Of a stretch of DNA of 59,412 nucleotides, positions 56,097 through 59,412 are shown in pieces. Source of the DNA: an uncultured Anaerolineales bacterium. Its GTDB lineage: Bacteria > Chloroflexota > Anaerolineae > B4-G1. Where the stretch lies: positions 1 through 59,412 of the forward strand of contig CAYUIS010000010.1 in NCBI GenBank assembly GCA_964444825.1, read 5' to 3'. Both the position numbers and the translations under genes were made by a program. The stretch's first letter is position 1; each line of letters begins with the position of its first letter. The notes under the pieces were generated by a model, which was not told the origin of the DNA, ran no database searches, and saw only the letters and a program-made list of their open reading frames with translations.

Positions 56097-56125
56097 ATTG
56101 TATCACGGTACGACGCGTGCCGCAA
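56097..56125 (-). promoter_or_regulatory. fmt promoter TTGCGG-17-(TGa)TACAAT
   Basis: On the minus strand: TTGCGG (56125-56120), a 17-nt spacer, TACAAT (56102-56097). The predicted TSS falls within a few nt of ATG 56086. Confidence 0.5.
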
Positions 56126-56147
56126 ATGAGTCTCCGTCACCGCTTGC

Positions 56148-56175
56148 TTGCCGCCTGCCGTCTTTTATGTACAAT
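56148..56175 (+). promoter_or_regulatory. promoter TTGCCG-16-TACAAT for the GH31 gene
   Basis: The hexamers lie about 35 nt upstream of the TTG start at 56210, which sits 6 nt after GAGGAGG. Confidence 0.45.
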
Positions 56176-56209
56176 TACCCTACTACTCTGACCGTTGAGG
56201 AGGCTATCG

Positions 56210-58735
56210 TTGGATGTTCTCTCCCTGCTCCAGCGCGGCATCCGGGACCTGGGTCTGCGGACCACCTGGGATAGCGTCGTGTACCAGGTTCGCCGCCGGC
56301 GTTACGAGGCCCGATTCGGCCCGTCTCGGAAGACATCTCGGCCCGATCCTCTGGCCGAGATAGAAAATGTCGGCCCCGGTCCCGCCACCGGCCACACGCG
56401 CCGGGGGCAGACCGTGACCATCACGTGTGCCGCCGGTTCCTACGCCCTAACCATCCTGGCACCCGACCTGGTCCGCGTCCACTTCTCCGGCACCGATCAG
56501 GCAACCGGTCAGCCAACCGCTTCCTACGCCATCGCCAAACCTGACGCCGACTGGCCCACATGCGACTGTGACGTCGTCGAAACGGACGCAGCCATCGAGA
56601 TCCATACCCCACGCCTCGTCTGCCGGGTCGCCAAATCCTCGGGCAGGCTAGCCTTCCTCAACCTAGAAGATGACGTCGTCAGCGAGGATGCTACCGGCGT
56701 TTCCATCGATTCCTCCGGAGCCATCGCTTGCCACAAGCGCATCCAGCCCAACGAACACTTCTACGGCCTGGGGGAGCGCGCTTTCCCCCTCGACCGGCGC
56801 GGCCGCCGCTACCAGACGTGGCACGTCGACCCCCAGGTGTATCAACTGGATCAGGATCCGATCCATATGTGTCTGCCGGTACTGGTGGGATTGCACAGCC
56901 AAGGCCACGAAGGCTATGGCATCCTGTTCGACAACACCTTTCGCGGCTACTTTGACCTGGGCGCTGCCGACCCCGACGTCGCCTCCTTTGGCGCAGAGGG
57001 CGGTGAGCTGTGCTATTACTTTTTCTACGGCCCAGCCCTCACCACCGTTGTGGAGCGATACACCGAGTTGACTGGTCGGATGACGCTCCCACCAATGTGG
57101 ATGTTGGGCTACCACCAATGCCGATGGTCCTACTACCCCGAGACCCGGGTGCGCAAACTGGCCGCTGATTTTCGTGAGCAGTACCAGGTGCCCTGCGACT
57201 GCATCCACCTCGACATTCACTATATGGATGGCTATCGCTGTTTCACATGGGATCCGAAGCGTTTCCCTGACCCGGCCAGTCTGATCGCGGACCTTCATGA
57301 CCAGGGCTTTAAGGTGATCACAATGATCGACCCCGGCATCAAGGTCGACCGCAACTATTGGGTCTGCAAGAGTGGCCTGGCGGAGGACGTCTTTTGCAAA
57401 CTACCGGACGGCAAGACGCCGTTCAAGGGCCCCGTTTGGCCCGGCGACTGCTACTTTCCCGATTTTACCAACCCCCGCGTGCGGGCCTGGTGGGGTGAAC
57501 TCTACAAGGATCTCACCGATGCTGGCGTTGACGCCGTGTGGAACGATATGAACGAACCCTCTGTCTTTGGGCAGATGGGGACGACCTTTCCCGATTTCGT
57601 GCACCACGACCTGGAGGGACGCGGCGGCGATCACGTCGAGGCCCATAACGTCTATGGCATGCAGATGGCGCGGGCGACGGTTGAGGGATTGGCAGGGCTG
57701 CGACCTGAGGAGCGTCCCGTCTGCATCACCCGTTCCGGCTGGGCCGGGGTGCAGCGGTATGCGATGGGCTGGACCGGCGACAACGAGTCAAACTGGGACC
57801 AGTTGTGGCTGACGATGCCGATGCTGATGAACCTGGGGCTATGCGGCATAGCCAACACGGGACCCGACACCGGCGGATTTGCAGGCTTTGCCACCGGGAG
57901 ACTCTTCACCAGGTGGATGCAAATGAGCGTGTTCCTCCCCTTCTTCCGCGCCCACACCGTCGCCGACAGTCCAGATCAGGAGCCCTGGAGCTGGGGCGAA
58001 CCCTACCTGAGCATCAACCGCCAGTTTATCGAGCTGCGCTACCGGTTGCTGCCCTATCTGTATACCACAATGTGGCAGTGCACGCAGACCGGCCAGCCGA
58101 TGGTGCGCCCGCTGCTGTTGGCCTTCCAGGACGACGTCGCCACTTACTGGCTCGACGACCAGTTTCTGTGCGGCGACGCCTTTCTGGTAGCGCCCGTGAC
58201 CGAGGAGGGAGTGGCCCACCGTTTTGTCTATCTGCCGGCCGGCAAGTGGTACAGCTTCTGGACCGACGAACTGTATATCGGTCCAACCCGCGTCGAGGTG
58301 GAGGCCCACCTGGACATATTGCCGCTCTTTGTACGGGCCGGCGCCGTCGTGGCGATGGCCCCAGTGAGACAATATGTCGGTGAGCGGCCACCGGAGGCGC
58401 TAAGCCTGCACGTCTACCCGGGCGATGGGCAAAGCTATCTGTACGAAGACGACGGTCACACCCGAGCTTTCGAGAGCGGTGACTATACCGTCAGCAGGTT
58501 CGCCCTATCCACCGAGGGCGCACCACCCAAACGGCTCGATATCCACCGTCGGGCCACCGGACGATACGCAGGCGCGTGCCAAGAGTTTGAGGTCGTGATC
58601 CACGGTGTGACCCGGTTGCCTCACAGCGCGACTGTGGACGGGGAGTCGATCGAGCAGCTCTGTATGGACGATGAGGACCACGCCATCCGCCTGCAAACGA
58701 GCGGTTTTGAGCATCTCTCCGTCGAGTGGGCATAA
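56210..58735 (+). CDS. glycoside hydrolase family 31 alpha-glucosidase/alpha-xylosidase-like enzyme
   Basis: WNDMNEPS (nucleophile Asp region), GWTGDNES, RAHT. About 840 aa, with no signal peptide. Confidence 0.9.
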   Translation: MDVLSLLQRGIRDLGLRTTWDSVVYQVRRRRYEARFGPSRKTSRPDPLAEIENVGPGPATGHTRRGQTVTITCAAGSYALTILAPDLVRVHFSGTDQATGQPTASYAIAKPDADWPTCDCDVVETDAAIEIHTPRLVCRVAKSSGRLAFLNLEDDVVSEDATGVSIDSSGAIACHKRIQPNEHFYGLGERAFPLDRRGRRYQTWHVDPQVYQLDQDPIHMCLPVLVGLHSQGHEGYGILFDNTFRGYFDLGAADPDVASFGAEGGELCYYFFYGPALTTVVERYTELTGRMTLPPMWMLGYHQCRWSYYPETRVRKLAADFREQYQVPCDCIHLDIHYMDGYRCFTWDPKRFPDPASLIADLHDQGFKVITMIDPGIKVDRNYWVCKSGLAEDVFCKLPDGKTPFKGPVWPGDCYFPDFTNPRVRAWWGELYKDLTDAGVDAVWNDMNEPSVFGQMGTTFPDFVHHDLEGRGGDHVEAHNVYGMQMARATVEGLAGLRPEERPVCITRSGWAGVQRYAMGWTGDNESNWDQLWLTMPMLMNLGLCGIANTGPDTGGFAGFATGRLFTRWMQMSVFLPFFRAHTVADSPDQEPWSWGEPYLSINRQFIELRYRLLPYLYTTMWQCTQTGQPMVRPLLLAFQDDVATYWLDDQFLCGDAFLVAPVTEEGVAHRFVYLPAGKWYSFWTDELYIGPTRVEVEAHLDILPLFVRAGAVVAMAPVRQYVGERPPEALSLHVYPGDGQSYLYEDDGHTRAFESGDYTVSRFALSTEGAPPKRLDIHRRATGRYAGACQEFEVVIHGVTRLPHSATVDGESIEQLCMDDEDHAIRLQTSGFEHLSVEWA

Positions 58736-58771
58736 CACCAGGAGCATCTCACCGGTAGAGGAAAAACAGAC

Positions 58772-58814
58772 GCAGCCTTCAGGCTTGATCCTGAACGATC
58801 AAGTCGAAGGCTGC
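58772..58814. terminator. long two-segment hairpin between convergent genes
   Basis: GCAGCCTTC-agg-CTTGATC-ctgaac-GATCAAG-tc-GAAGGCTGC. On the minus strand it is followed by GTCTGTTTTTCC. Confidence 0.65.
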
Positions 58815-58845
58815 TGCAAAACCAGCCAGAACAGGTGACCGTTGA

Positions 58846-59388
58846 TCAACTCCGCTCGGCACCGACGTCGCTTACGAGGTTGACCACCTCCCAGCCCACA
58901 ACCCCAGGGGCAGAGGCGTCGGGACCATCGAGCTTTTTGACGTCGTCGCTCTCGGTCTGCGGAGAATCGCCAGAGGATTGGGTGAGGCGATTTCGAGACA
59001 CAGAGCCAGAGAGCGGTCCTGGAAGAAGCTGTTTGGGGAACGTCACCCTACCAGTGCTTTGGATCTCTTCGCTGGCTTTCGCCAGGTCCTCGAAAAACGT
59101 GATCCCACCCAACACCAGGCTGACGATGCTGGCGTGAAACACGGCAAAGAGCCACGCCTTTATCCACAGCCAGGGACCACTGGAGACCAGCGGCGGCGCT
59201 TCGGCATCGCTGGTAGATGACGGCTGTTTACCGGTGGCTCGCGAGTGAGGTCCCTCGACGGGGGACACCCTCCGGGGTGCGCGCGCCACAGTCTTGAGCA
59301 CTATCGCCACCGCACCTGCCACGACCAGGAGCAACAGGCCAAGAGCCCCGGTGCCAAAGGCCACGACCCACAGCATAGATTCGTCCAT
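58846..59388 (-). CDS. hypothetical membrane protein
   Basis: Two TM helices (LWVVAFGTGALGLLLLVVAGAVAIVL; WLFAVFHASIVSLVLGGITFF). AGGAG lies 7 nt upstream of the ATG. Confidence 0.6.
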   Translation of the reverse strand: MDESMLWVVAFGTGALGLLLLVVAGAVAIVLKTVARAPRRVSPVEGPHSRATGKQPSSTSDAEAPPLVSSGPWLWIKAWLFAVFHASIVSLVLGGITFFEDLAKASEEIQSTGRVTFPKQLLPGPLSGSVSRNRLTQSSGDSPQTESDDVKKLDGPDASAPGVVGWEVVNLVSDVGAERS

Positions 59389-59412
59389 TTCGAGTCTCCT
59401 TTCGACCGACAG

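Overview
High-G+C bacterial chromosomal segment. Gene content and style point to a Chloroflexota-like organism: Pro/Thr-rich linkers, many TPR proteins and histidine kinases, an EAD-type adaptor, and frequent GTG/TTG starts. That taxonomic call is inference only. I support about 50 protein-coding genes, 2 tRNA genes (Val-CAC, Leu-CAA), and a set of sigma70-like promoters and hairpin terminators read directly from the sequence. I found no rRNA, CRISPR array, transposase, integrase or reverse transcriptase. Most of the window is housekeeping: rpsO-pnp-lepB, murJ, dtd, trpS, acpS, an M16 peptidase pair, der, cdaA-cdaR, argF, rfbB, ruvA-ruvC, a yebC-family gene, fmt and a GH31 glycosidase. It also holds four histidine kinases and one NarL-type response regulator.

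The parts worth a second look are:
- Two visibly lower-G+C islets. One (29.8-32.4 kb) carries a Cas4-like/DUF2779 nuclease plus an orphan 154-aa protein. The other (left edge) is a trio that includes a protein with an HEPN-like motif.
- A consensus promoter, a ~160-nt structured leader and an intrinsic terminator directly in front of a MazG-like / metallophosphoesterase / orphan-SBP operon, which looks like a riboswitch or attenuator.
- An in-frame fusion of an aconitase-X swivel domain (DUF126) with an HD domain that keeps an internal Shine-Dalgarno.
- A monocistronic stand-alone EAD-like adaptor gene.
- An orphan ~200-nt promoter-to-hairpin unit.
- Tandem GNAT-like paralogues with DegV.
- An envelope/sensor cluster of two regulator-less kinases flanking LysM and IPT Pro/Thr-rich proteins.

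All function calls come from motif recognition by eye. No database search was run.
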